Positions 1-9,248 of a DNA stretch of 64,000 nt are shown piece by piece; the first letter of the stretch is position 1, and every line of letters starts with the position of its first letter. Source of the DNA: an uncultured delta proteobacterium (GTDB lineage Bacteria; Desulfobacterota; Binatia; UBA9968); the NCBI GenBank assembly GCA_963745035.1, contig CAVUVW010000027.1, positions 224,001 through 288,000 of the forward strand, given 5' to 3'. The notes beneath the pieces were generated by a model, which was not told where the DNA came from, made no database searches, and saw nothing but the letters and a program-made list of their open reading frames with translations. A program made the position numbers and the translations under genes.

Positions 1-1080
1 CATCCACTCGGGGCGATTGATCATGATGTACTCTTTATCCTTTCTTCGTCTTGCAAGAGGCGGCACCAGTTCGGGCGGCAGGTCCTCTCTGAGCGAGCCG
101 ACCCTGAGCTCATCGGTGTTCGCCTGCAGGAAAGCGGTCTGTCCTTCCGGCGAGAGATACCAATTGATGAAAACGCGCGCCGCGTAAGGGTGTGGGTGTT
201 GGTTCAGCAGCACCATGGCGCCGGAGCCGGAACCGATCCCCGGTTGCTCCTCGATCTGGTACGGGTCGAGCTCGGTGACGGGAAGCTTCTGCAGCGCCGC
301 GCGGTCGATCCTCCGGCACAAGAAACACAGCGGGTATTTTCCTTGCGCCAGCCAGTCGGTTCCCTGACGGAGGTCGCGGAACATCGTCGGTTCCATATCG
401 CGCAGCACGCGCTCGATAAATTTCGGTCCGAGCCGGGGATGGTGATACACGTAAGTCAACGCGCTCGAGCCCTGGCCCGGACGGATTTGCAGCGCCGCCC
501 ACTTGCCCTTCCACTTGGGCTGAACCAGATCCCAGGCCGATTTGATTTCTTTCTCGTTGACCATGCTGGTGTTGAACGAGATCGGCGCACCGTAAAGCGC
601 GCCTTCGTACATGAAGATGTACTGGCCTTCCGGGTCGATGTAATGGTGCTTTCCCTGCCACCATTTCGACACGTCGCTCACGCTCGGGTGAGTCAGTATT
701 GGAGCGAGCGGTTCGATGATTTTGGCCTTGTAGAGATTGAGATAGATGGCGGAGGGAGCGCCGAGGAAAACATCGGCGAGAAATTTCCCGGCCCTGCGCT
801 CACCGAAGAGCTTGGGAAAAAGATCGCTGCCTCTTCCCATGGTCGTGCCGGCAAATTTGATTTTCGGGTAGCGCTTCTGAAAAGCGGCCCAGATCACCTG
901 CGCGTTGCCGATCGAGTCGGTCGCGTAGACGGCGACCTGTCCCTCCTCCTCCGCTCGTTTCACCGTCGCTTCCCAGTCCTGAACCGCGACAGGCCGTTCG
1001 GCCGCGGGCGCGACGCCGGTCAGGACAAACGCAAGCAGGTAAACTGAAATTACATATCGCTTCGCCAACTCGAGAATCAT
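1..1080 (-). CDS. Extracellular solute-binding protein (AfuA/TbpA-like SBP), 3' end runs off the window
   Basis: Read manually on the minus strand: GGAGG RBS, ATG at 1080, signal peptide, then WEATVKRAEEEGQVAVY, ERRAGKFLADVF, SKWWQGKHHYIDPE, WDLVQPKWKGK. No stop before position 1, so it is absent from the ORF track. Confidence 0.85.
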   Translation of the reverse strand, partial: MILELAKRYVISVYLLAFVLTGVAPAAERPVAVQDWEATVKRAEEEGQVAVYATDSIGNAQVIWAAFQKRYPKIKFAGTTMGRGSDLFPKLFGERRAGKFLADVFLGAPSAIYLNLYKAKIIEPLAPILTHPSVSDVSKWWQGKHHYIDPEGQYIFMYEGALYGAPISFNTSMVNEKEIKSAWDLVQPKWKGKWAALQIRPGQGSSALTYVYHHPRLGPKFIERVLRDMEPTMFRDLRQGTDWLAQGKYPLCFLCRRIDRAALQKLPVTELDPYQIEEQPGIGSGSGAMVLLNQHPHPYAARVFINWYLSPEGQTAFLQANTDELRVGSLREDLPPELVPPLARRRKDKEYIMINRPEWM

Positions 1081-1307
1081 AACCGTTCCTCCGTTACCCG
1101 TGTCCGTCGGCGTCCCGGTGCGGCGTCGTGAAAATAAAGAAGGCGTTTTCGAGCGGAGGTTATCCGATCGCAGCCGGCGCGGTCAACTAGGTCGGCATCG
1201 ACTTTATTTTCGGTTGAAAAGAAAACCCGGCTTCGATACGTTTCCCAGCAGGATTTGAGGCCTTTTAAGAAATGCCGGAGCCTGCGCTCTTGGCGGGGAG
1301 AACAGAG

Positions 1308-2117
1308 ATGGCGCTCGTCGATGGCTTCAGCCACCTTGTGGTTCAGGTAACCGATCTCGACCGGTCGGAAAAGTTTTACCAGGAAGTCCTGGGACTGGAC
1401 GTGGTCGGAAGGAATCTCGTGAACGAGGACGGGCCCAACGCGCTTCTCAAGACGAATACCGGCCAGATGGTTCTCCTGATCCAAGTCGCCGAAGTCGAGC
1501 CGTTCCGTCCCAATAGCAACAGCATCCATCATGCCTGGCTCTTGACGGTCGAACAGTACAGGCTCGCGCAGGAAAGATTGCAGGCCTTCGGTTATAGCAT
1601 CGAGGACAGCCGCGAAGAGTTCCGGGCGATGGGCGAAAGAAGCATGGATATCTACGATCCGGACGGTCACCGTTATCAGATCCAGGCCCACGGTCCCGAA
1701 GCGACCAAGATCATCCGGCCGAGCGCCGGCAAGGTGAACTGCGGCAAGATGGACGACTTCGACGCGGGCTCCGTTACGCCGTTCAGCAAGGAAATGTTTT
1801 TCCTGGTGCGCCTCAATGAAGGTTTCTTGGCGCTTTCGAGTTGGTGCACGCACCGAAACGGCAAGATCAAGTGGGAAAAGGAGCATTGGCGTTTCTACTG
1901 CCCGTTTCATAGCGCCACGTACAATCGCAGGGGCGAGTTCACCGGTCACCTGGAAAATGTCGGTCCGCTCAGACTGCACCCCGTCACGATCGCAGAAGAC
2001 GGGAGCGTGATCGTTGACACCGCCGAAGTTCTCGTGCGCAAAGATCATAGTCCGGATCAAGTTGTCAACGCCGCTTGCGGCGCGCGGTTCTGTGCCGCTG
2101 ACGTGGAGCGAGTTTAG
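1308..2117 (+). CDS. VOC (glyoxalase-like) domain fused to C-terminal Rieske [2Fe-2S] domain
   Basis: N-terminal FSHLVVQVTDLDRSEKFYQEVLG...YDPDGHRYQI; C-terminal CTH...CPFH Rieske ligands. GGAG RBS before ATG 1308. Confidence 0.9.
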   Translation: MALVDGFSHLVVQVTDLDRSEKFYQEVLGLDVVGRNLVNEDGPNALLKTNTGQMVLLIQVAEVEPFRPNSNSIHHAWLLTVEQYRLAQERLQAFGYSIEDSREEFRAMGERSMDIYDPDGHRYQIQAHGPEATKIIRPSAGKVNCGKMDDFDAGSVTPFSKEMFFLVRLNEGFLALSSWCTHRNGKIKWEKEHWRFYCPFHSATYNRRGEFTGHLENVGPLRLHPVTIAEDGSVIVDTAEVLVRKDHSPDQVVNAACGARFCAADVERV

Positions 2118-2153
2118 CGAGAAGTTTCAGGCCGAGTGAACAAGGAGGAGATC

Positions 2154-2621
2154 ATGGCCGATATCGAGGGCCTCAGCCACAGCGCCATTTGCGTTCATGA
2201 CCTCCGCGAAGCGGAAGACTTCTACTGCAATGTCCTTGGCGCCCGCCTCGGAACCCGCGTCAACTTCAAGACCGACGACGCCGTCCGAGGTAGATCGGTG
2301 CATGGCTCGGTCATCCTGGAAGACTACCTTCTGGCCTTGATGGTGCCGCGCGACTTTATGCCGATGCCTCCGGCGGAACAACACCGCGGCGCGCACGGCT
2401 TTCGCCACGCCTTTCGCGTGACGCGCGCTCGCTTCGACGAAATCACCGGCGAGCTCAAGCGGCGTCAGATTCTGTTCGAAGGCCCGGTGGAGCACCCCGA
2501 GCAAAGTCCTTTTGGCGAGTCGATCTACTTCAAAGACCCGAGCGGAAACTTTCTCGAAATCCTCTGGCGGCGGGACGAGCACGTGAGCTACGACAAACCC
2601 TACGTTACCGGTGTCGGATAA
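2154..2621 (+). CDS. VOC family protein
   Basis: LSHSAICVHDLREAEDFY, RHAF, SIYFKDPSGNFLEI; AGGAGG RBS. Confidence 0.9.
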   Translation: MADIEGLSHSAICVHDLREAEDFYCNVLGARLGTRVNFKTDDAVRGRSVHGSVILEDYLLALMVPRDFMPMPPAEQHRGAHGFRHAFRVTRARFDEITGELKRRQILFEGPVEHPEQSPFGESIYFKDPSGNFLEILWRRDEHVSYDKPYVTGVG

Positions 2622-2644
2622 GCAGCGAACGTACTTTTTCACGC

Positions 2645-3544
2645 ATGCTCATGGACGGCATCAATCACATTGTCATCGAAGTCGCCGATCTCGAGCGAGC
2701 CAAGGATTTTTATCGCCTGCTCGGCTTCGAATTCGCCGGCGACGATTGCATGCCGGAGTGCGGTCGCAACGCGTTGTTCCGAGCCGCTTCGGGTCAAGTC
2801 GTTATCCTCTCGGAAACTCCGCAGCCTCGTTCGCTTCCCGAAACCGGCGTGCATGAGGCCTATCGGATCAGCCCATCGAACCGCGACGCCGTCGCTAAGC
2901 AATTGGCGGATTACGACGTGCCCGTGCACAACTATGAGGAAGACCGGCCGAGCGAAAAGGGTGACAATTTTTATTTTTACGATCCGGACGGCAATCGCAT
3001 TCAGTTGATCGCGGCGGCGACTGCCGACGCACCCCGCAAGATTCTCGGCATCGACCACGCGGCGATCGAGTGTCACGACCTCGAATGGGCGGAAGATTTC
3101 TACGTAAAGCGGCTTGGCTTGACCGTGGATCATCGAGTCGGCTGGCGCACCGACGACTATGTGCGCGCCAAGCTCTGGGGCGAAGGCAAAGAGAACATGG
3201 CGCCCGGCACGCGCCGTTGGGACCAACGCTACACGGTCATGGAGCAGAAGCGGCGGCTGCCGCGTCCCAACACGCATTTTTTTGTGCGCGTCGGCGATCA
3301 GGTGCTGGGCATCTATCTCGCCACCCAACATCGCCAAGAGCCGCCCGAGGAACAAATCGTCGGCACGCCGAGAGTCGCTTTTCGCGCCAGCCGCCGAGTC
3401 CTGGATCAAACGGCGCAGCTGCTCGCGACGACGCGGACGCCGATCCAGGGGCCGGTGGAACATGCCGAGCCGGCGCCGATCGCGGCTTCCCTCTACGTCA
3501 GAGACCCGGGCGGAAATTTTCTGGAGATCTGCGTCCCGCGGTGA
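2645..3544 (+). CDS. Two-domain VOC family protein
   Basis: Two VOC repeats: INHIVIEVADLERAKDFY...DPDGNRIQL and IDHAAIECHDLEWAEDFY...DPGGNFLEI. Confidence 0.9.
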   Translation: MLMDGINHIVIEVADLERAKDFYRLLGFEFAGDDCMPECGRNALFRAASGQVVILSETPQPRSLPETGVHEAYRISPSNRDAVAKQLADYDVPVHNYEEDRPSEKGDNFYFYDPDGNRIQLIAAATADAPRKILGIDHAAIECHDLEWAEDFYVKRLGLTVDHRVGWRTDDYVRAKLWGEGKENMAPGTRRWDQRYTVMEQKRRLPRPNTHFFVRVGDQVLGIYLATQHRQEPPEEQIVGTPRVAFRASRRVLDQTAQLLATTRTPIQGPVEHAEPAPIAASLYVRDPGGNFLEICVPR

Positions 3545-3606
3545 AACGAGTCGCGGTAGCGGAACCGGTCGAGGATGGAAGATCGCAAAATCATTTAAAT
3601 TGCACG

Positions 3607-3646
3607 TTGAACCTCTGGAACCTTTGGAACCGTTGGAACTTTGGAC
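3607..3646. repeat. Degenerate 9-bp tandem repeat (GAAC core)
   Basis: ttgaacctc tggaacctt tggaaccgt tggaacttt; same family at 5074, 14387 and 58618. Confidence 0.65.
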
Positions 3647-3751
3647 AATTGAATTGAAATCCGCTAAGTCAAAAATGGCACTCGTGCTTCTCCAACATTC
3701 TGCCGTCGATCTCATCGATCCTCGATCCTCAAACTTCTCGTCGGAGGTACC

Positions 3752-4966
3752 ATGGCTGAACTCTACCCCTACCCGCGCTTTTCCCTGACCGAAAGAGACC
3801 GCCGCTGGAAGGCCGTGCGAGACCTGATGCGTCAGCACCGGCTCGATGTCATCGTTACGCCGAACAACACCGGCCACTCGATGGACTTTCAGTCGAACAC
3901 TCGCTACCTCACTCATTGCGGCGGCGGCGGCGATGCCGATATCGCGGCGGTTTTTCCGTTGGAAGGAGAGGTGACCGCCATCGCGACCAGCGCGGAGCCG
4001 CGCTGGCCGCCGGTTCAGGACTGGACCCAGGATGTGCGCGAGGCCCGGCGCAACTATGGGCGGGTGATCGTCGAGCGGCTGAAGGAACTAAAGGTCGAGC
4101 GCGGGCGCATCGGCATCACCGGTCTCGGTGAGGTCGAGGGAACGCGCACGCCTGAAGGAACCATCCTTTACGGCACCTGGAAGCAGATTCGCGAGTCGTT
4201 TCCCCAAGCCGAGCTGGTCGATGCGACCGAGGTTCTGGCCGAAGTGCGCTATGTGAAAAGCGTCGAGGAAATCGCGGCGCTGACAAAGTCCATGGAGATC
4301 ATCGAGCTCGCTTATGAGGCGGAGATCAACGCGGCCAAACCCGGGGTGAAGGACTGGGACGTGTGGGCGGAAACGCAATGCGCCCTCATGCGCAACGGCT
4401 CGGAGATGCCGGTGCATTGCAACTGGGTCTCGGGGAAAAAACCCGAGCGCACTCTCACCCGTCCGAGCATGCGCATTCTCGAGCGCGGCGATCTGATCAT
4501 CAACGAAGTCGAGTCCTCCTGGATCGGCTACCGCTCCCAAGGGGTTCAGCCGGTCTTCGTCGGAGTGGCCGACCCGGTGTTCCTGGAGCTGATCAAAGTC
4601 CAAAGAGAAATCTTCAATCGCATGATGGAAAATCTCAAACCCGGAGTGACGGTGAAGGAATTAGCCGAGCTGGCGGCAACCTGCGCGGAACGAGCGGCGC
4701 CGACGTCCGGTCCGGCGGCTGGAGCTACCGCGCAGCTCACCATGCACGGACGCGGCGCGGGCGACGATGGGCCGATTATCACCTCCCACGCTCGCAGCCC
4801 GCGCCAGCTCTCGGTCGCTTTACGCGAGAACATGGTCTTTATTTTCAAGCCTTCCGCGAAAGCGAGGGACGGCTCGCTTTGCACATGGGGCGACACCGTG
4901 TTGATCACCGCTAAAGGCGGCCAAAGATTGGGAAAGCGGCCGCACGATCTCGCGGTGTCGACGTGA
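3752..4966 (+). CDS. M24 (pita-bread fold) peptidase/creatinase-like protein with non-canonical active site
   Basis: PRFSLTERDRRW N-terminus, RYVKSVEEI, HGRG, WGDTVLIT; GGAGG RBS. Confidence 0.8.
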   Translation: MAELYPYPRFSLTERDRRWKAVRDLMRQHRLDVIVTPNNTGHSMDFQSNTRYLTHCGGGGDADIAAVFPLEGEVTAIATSAEPRWPPVQDWTQDVREARRNYGRVIVERLKELKVERGRIGITGLGEVEGTRTPEGTILYGTWKQIRESFPQAELVDATEVLAEVRYVKSVEEIAALTKSMEIIELAYEAEINAAKPGVKDWDVWAETQCALMRNGSEMPVHCNWVSGKKPERTLTRPSMRILERGDLIINEVESSWIGYRSQGVQPVFVGVADPVFLELIKVQREIFNRMMENLKPGVTVKELAELAATCAERAAPTSGPAAGATAQLTMHGRGAGDDGPIITSHARSPRQLSVALRENMVFIFKPSAKARDGSLCTWGDTVLITAKGGQRLGKRPHDLAVST

Positions 4967-5073
4967 AGTTCCTCAAACGCGAACGTGAGGGCAGTGTCCG
5001 ATCAGTCCAGCTGCGCTGCGCTGTCTTTTCGTCCCAAATTTAAGCAATCGATCTTGCTAAATTTATTCTTGAC

Positions 5074-5119
5074 GTTTTGAACGGAGCGCAGCGGTTGAAC
5101 TGCTTGAACGTTTTGAACG
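5074..5119. repeat. GAAC-family intergenic repeat
   Basis: ttttgaacggagcgcagcggttgaactgcttgaacg; reverse complement resembles 14387-14429. Confidence 0.65.
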
Positions 5120-5126
5120 CCGTTCT

Positions 5127-6266
5127 CTATTTAGTGAACCCGTAAAAGCGCGCGGTGTTATCGACGAGCAGCTTCGCTTGCTCGCCTCGCCGATATCACT
5201 TCGCTTGAGGAAGACATCGACCGCGCCGTAGAGCCGGTCACCGTGCGGGATGTCCGAGCCGTAAACCCAGCACTCGTCGCCGAACTCTTCGATGGCGAAC
5301 GGCAGCAGTTTCTCGTCGACCTCGAAGCCGAAGTAAATCTGTCCGCGCTCGATGTATTCCTTGGGCGGATGCTTGCCCGTGTAGCCTCTGTGAAAATCCA
5401 CTCCCGCGCGCGCGCCGGGAAAGCCGCTGTATTCTTCGATTCGCTCCACCAACGCGGGCACCCAGGAGCAGCCGGCTTCGAGAAACGCAATTTTCAAGTT
5501 CGGATAGCGATCGGCGATGCCTTTCGAGATTACGCGGTGAAAGGCGAATTGCACGGTGAGCCAAAACGATATCGCCGTCTTGTCGTGGTGCGTGTCGTTC
5601 ACTTGGCCAAGCGCGCGAAAGCTGTGTCCGGTATGCACAGCCACGGGAAGCCCGGTTTCGTTGGCCGCAGCCCAGATCGGTTCCATGGGCGGGTCGTCGA
5701 TTCTCACGTCGCCGGTGACGCCGAGCAACATCACGGCCACCGCTCCTCTCTCCTTGCCCCGCTCGATTTCCCGAACCGACGCCTGCGGATCGACGGGATC
5801 GATGATCGTGACCCACTTTAAGCGATCGGGATATTGACTGGTAAGGTCGGCGACCCAACTGTTGTACGCGCGCATCATCGCCACTGCCAACGCCCGATCG
5901 TAAGTGATCGGATAGGAGAGAAACATAGTCGGATAGATCACTTGAACTTCTGTATTCTCGCGGTCCAACTGTTCGATCCGAGCTTTGACCGAGCGCATCT
6001 CCGCGCTTTCGACGGGGTCGTGAGGACTGATGCCCGGCGTGACTTTCGCCGGCACGCTCGTTTTTGCTGAGAGGAAAACCGGCTTGCTGATAAGGCCCGC
6101 TCCGCACGGGAAAAGAGCGGGTATCGATCATCCAGTAGAGCGGCCCGTCCGGACCGGTCTCGATGATACTCGGCTTGCGCTCTTTTAATTTCGGATCCCA
6201 GTATTTGTCCGAAAACGTCACTTCGGATTCCGATACATGCCCGTCGGCGTCCCACGCCTTGATCAT
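5127..6266 (-). CDS. Amidohydrolase_2 (TIM-barrel) family protein, split by two frameshifts (near 6060 and near 5175)
   Basis: DADGH N-terminus in ORF 5238..6284; VIYPT, AVHTG, FLEAG, GSDIPHGD in ORF 5063..6055; shifted C-terminus KLLVDNTARFYGFTK ending at TAG 5127-5129. Confidence 0.85.
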
Positions 6267-6431
6267 GCGCACCTCTACGTCCAAACACCTTGGTTGTTGA
6301 TATCGGTAGATTTATCACAGCATATGGCCGAATGTTAACTTTGGGTGCGTGGGAGCGCGATGCATTTCACAATACTCAACTCCGGCTGAGAACCTTGCGC
6401 GTTCCGGCGCTTTCATTCTACTCTGAAAAAA

Positions 6432-7640
6432 ATGATTACTTTCGTCGACGTCGAAGAGGCGCGGGAGCGGATCAAGGATCAGATTTATCTGTCGCCCTTT
6501 CCTCACTCGGCAACCATCAGCCGGATGACCGGAAACAAAGTGTTCTTCAAACTGGAGAATTTGCAGCTCACGGGCTCGTTCAAGGAACGCGGCGCGCTCA
6601 ACCGGCTGCTGACGCTCACGTCGCAGGATGCACAGCGCGGCGTGATTGCCGCGAGCGCCGGCAACCACGGCATGGCCGTGGCTTATCACAGCCGGCGTCT
6701 GGGTATCGCTTCGACCATCGTCATGCCGCGATCGGCGCCGCTCATCAAAGTCACCCGCGTGCGCCAGTATGGCGCCCAGTGCCTGCTCCACGGCAGCGAT
6801 TACGACGGCGCCTACGCCGAAGCGAAGCGCCTCAGCGCGGAACAGGGTCTCACTTTCATCTCGGCCTTCGATGATCCGTGGATCGTCGCCGGCCAGGGCA
6901 CCATCGGCCTCGAGCTCTACGAACAGAATCCCGAGCTCGACGCGGCGGTCGTGCCGGTGGGCGGCGGCGGCTTGATTGCCGGCGTCGCGCTCGCGTTAAA
7001 AACCTTGATACCCAAGTTGCGCATCATCGGCGTGCAAAGCGAAGCGGTGCCGTCGATGAAAGCAGCGCTGGAAAAAGGCGCGCCGGCAAAGCTGCCGGCG
7101 GCAACGACCATCGCCGACGGCATCGCCGTGCGCGCCGTCGGAGCAACGCCCCTCGAGTTGGTGAAACACTACGTCGACGATATCGTCACGGTGAGCGAGG
7201 GCCAGATCGCCAACGCGGTGCTAACTTTGCTCGAGGTGGAAAAGACGGTCGCCGAGGGTGCCGCTGCCGTGCCGCTGGCGGCATTGCTCAACAAGAAAAC
7301 TTCGCTGGCGGGAAAGAACGTCGGGATTGTTGTCACGGGCGGCAACATCGATATGAACCTGATTTCGCGCATTATCGAGAGCGGATTGATCCAGGACGGA
7401 CGCCTCGGCAGATTCGCCGTGGTGATCTCCGACCGGCCGGGCAGCCTGGCGCGGTTGTCGCAGCGGGTCGCGGACTTGGGCGCCAATATTTTACAGATCA
7501 GCCATAGCCGCGGCTTCGGAAAGATGGCGATCGGCGAGACCGAAGTCGAGCTGATCCTGGAAACCGCCGGCGCCGAGCATATCCAGCGGATCTACGACAC
7601 CCTCAGCGCCGACAAATTCAAGATCAAAAACGAACCCTAG
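6432..7640 (+). CDS. ilvA: Threonine ammonia-lyase (medium form with C-terminal ACT domain)
   Basis: KLENLQLTGSFKERG PLP lysine motif, SAGNH, PVGGGGLIAG, C-terminal DRPGSL ACT domain. Confidence 0.92.
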   Translation: MITFVDVEEARERIKDQIYLSPFPHSATISRMTGNKVFFKLENLQLTGSFKERGALNRLLTLTSQDAQRGVIAASAGNHGMAVAYHSRRLGIASTIVMPRSAPLIKVTRVRQYGAQCLLHGSDYDGAYAEAKRLSAEQGLTFISAFDDPWIVAGQGTIGLELYEQNPELDAAVVPVGGGGLIAGVALALKTLIPKLRIIGVQSEAVPSMKAALEKGAPAKLPAATTIADGIAVRAVGATPLELVKHYVDDIVTVSEGQIANAVLTLLEVEKTVAEGAAAVPLAALLNKKTSLAGKNVGIVVTGGNIDMNLISRIIESGLIQDGRLGRFAVVISDRPGSLARLSQRVADLGANILQISHSRGFGKMAIGETEVELILETAGAEHIQRIYDTLSADKFKIKNEP

Positions 7641-7694
7641 AGCGAGCCTGCACAACGCGGCAGCAACGGTTGTCCTCCATCCGCGACTCTCTCA

Positions 7695-8486
7695 TCATCG
7701 GCGCGCATCTTTCGCTCTATCGATCGGCCGGTTTTCGGCGCCGGACTCCACTGCCGCCACCAAACTATCGGCAAGCAGGCGGGCGATACAGTTATAGCTC
7801 ACGTCGTTCATATGGAGGCCGTCGCTCGAAATGATGTCCTCCGTCTTGTATTGGCCGCTCGATATCCAGTGCCGCATCACCGCAAAGCGGTGGAACACGG
7901 CCACGTTGGTGTCGTTGGCTACCGCAGCGATGGAATCCACGACCGGCAGGTGCATGCGTCGCGCGAGCACGCGCGGCGCGAACTGCGGGTCCATCAACAC
8001 GACGTCCGCCGCTGCCGCCTTGAGACGGCTGATCCCCTGGCGGATTGTTTCGCCATAGCCCTCGATGTTCTCGCTTAGCAGCAACTGATTGCTGCCCGTC
8101 TGCCAGACGACGAGCTGCGGATGGTAGGGAAGCACGTCGCGCTCAAAACGAGCCAGCATCTGCGACGCTAGCTCGCCGGCGACGCCTTTGTTGATCACGG
8201 TCACCGCGAGCTGCGGCCAACGATGGCGCAATTCTTCGGCGAGCACAGCGGGATAGGCGCGCGCCGGGTCGGAGGCGCCTATCCCGGCCGTCGAGGAAGA
8301 ACCGATGGCGACAATGGCGAGGGGTTGGCGCGAGCGCACCGCGCGGGCGGTGTTGGGCAGCTTCACTTTGAAGCGCGTCATCTCCTGGGGCGCGCTGCAA
8401 GCCAATGCCTTGTGCGCGGCTCCGGCGGAGGCCGCGAGAAGCAGGAGCGAGACGAGCGAGGACGTCGTCCATAGAAGCCTACTCAT
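7695..8486 (-). CDS. Exported SGNH/GDSL hydrolase
   Basis: Signal peptide, AIGSSST, NKGVAG, QTGSN, DGLH. Confidence 0.88.
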   Translation of the reverse strand: MSRLLWTTSSLVSLLLLAASAGAAHKALACSAPQEMTRFKVKLPNTARAVRSRQPLAIVAIGSSSTAGIGASDPARAYPAVLAEELRHRWPQLAVTVINKGVAGELASQMLARFERDVLPYHPQLVVWQTGSNQLLLSENIEGYGETIRQGISRLKAAAADVVLMDPQFAPRVLARRMHLPVVDSIAAVANDTNVAVFHRFAVMRHWISSGQYKTEDIISSDGLHMNDVSYNCIARLLADSLVAAVESGAENRPIDRAKDARR

Positions 8487-9248
8487 CGCTCGGCGCCGGG
8501 GATGGATGGGCGTTTCGCGGCGGGGATACCACGCGTCACGAAGTCGGCCGTCGCTCGGCCGATGCAGTCATACAGCTTGGCAGCAACCTCGCGGCTTTTC
8601 TCACCCTCCCCAGCCCGCAGATCCAGCGCACCGCTCTCGGCCCAATGACGCATGATGCCATGGCGGCGGAACAGCGGCACGTCGTTGACATCCGCTAGCT
8701 CTCGCAGCGTGGCGCGATAGGGCTCGAAGTGGATCACTGCGTCGGTCGCGCGCGAAAACTGCATGCTCATCAATACTATTTCGGCCCCGGCGGCGCGAAC
8801 TTTGTCGATTCCGGTCTGCACCGTTTCCCGGAACTCGTCAATGTCGGTCCCGCGAACGGCTTCCATCGTGCCGGTCTCCCAGATCACAAGCGTCGGCTTC
8901 AAGGGTAGTACGTCACGATCCAGGCGCTCGGCTCCCTGCTTCGCCGTCTGCCGCCCTACTGCGAGGTTGATCACCTTGATCCGCTTAGACGGAAAATTTT
9001 CGGAGAGCGCCGCGGCCATACGCGCGGGCCATGCGAGTTCGGGCCCGCCTGCCGCGACTCCCATGGTAGAGGCTCCGCCGAGCGCGACGATGACGACTTC
9101 TCGGCGGCCGGCGAGCGCTTTGGCTGTCTTTGCCAAGGGCGGCGCAAACGCGTAGAAGCGCTCGGGCACAGGGCACTCCCGCTCCTGGGCGAGATGCGCC
9201 TGCGACCGTGCATAGAAGCCCAACGGCCATAGCCGCTATCGGGACCAT
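8483..9248 (-). CDS. Second exported SGNH/GDSL-like protein (degenerate motifs; frameshift after signal peptide)
   Basis: ALGGAST, WETGT, LFRRHGIMRHW similar to the neighbouring SGNH gene; signal peptide MVPIAAMAVGLLC lies in another frame. Confidence 0.7.

Noticed and set aside
190-1047. Long antisense ORFs (e.g. 190..1047, 2639..3916, 11738..12730, 50434..51303)
   Set aside because: Shadow frames of real genes on the opposite strand in high-GC DNA; no recognisable motifs.
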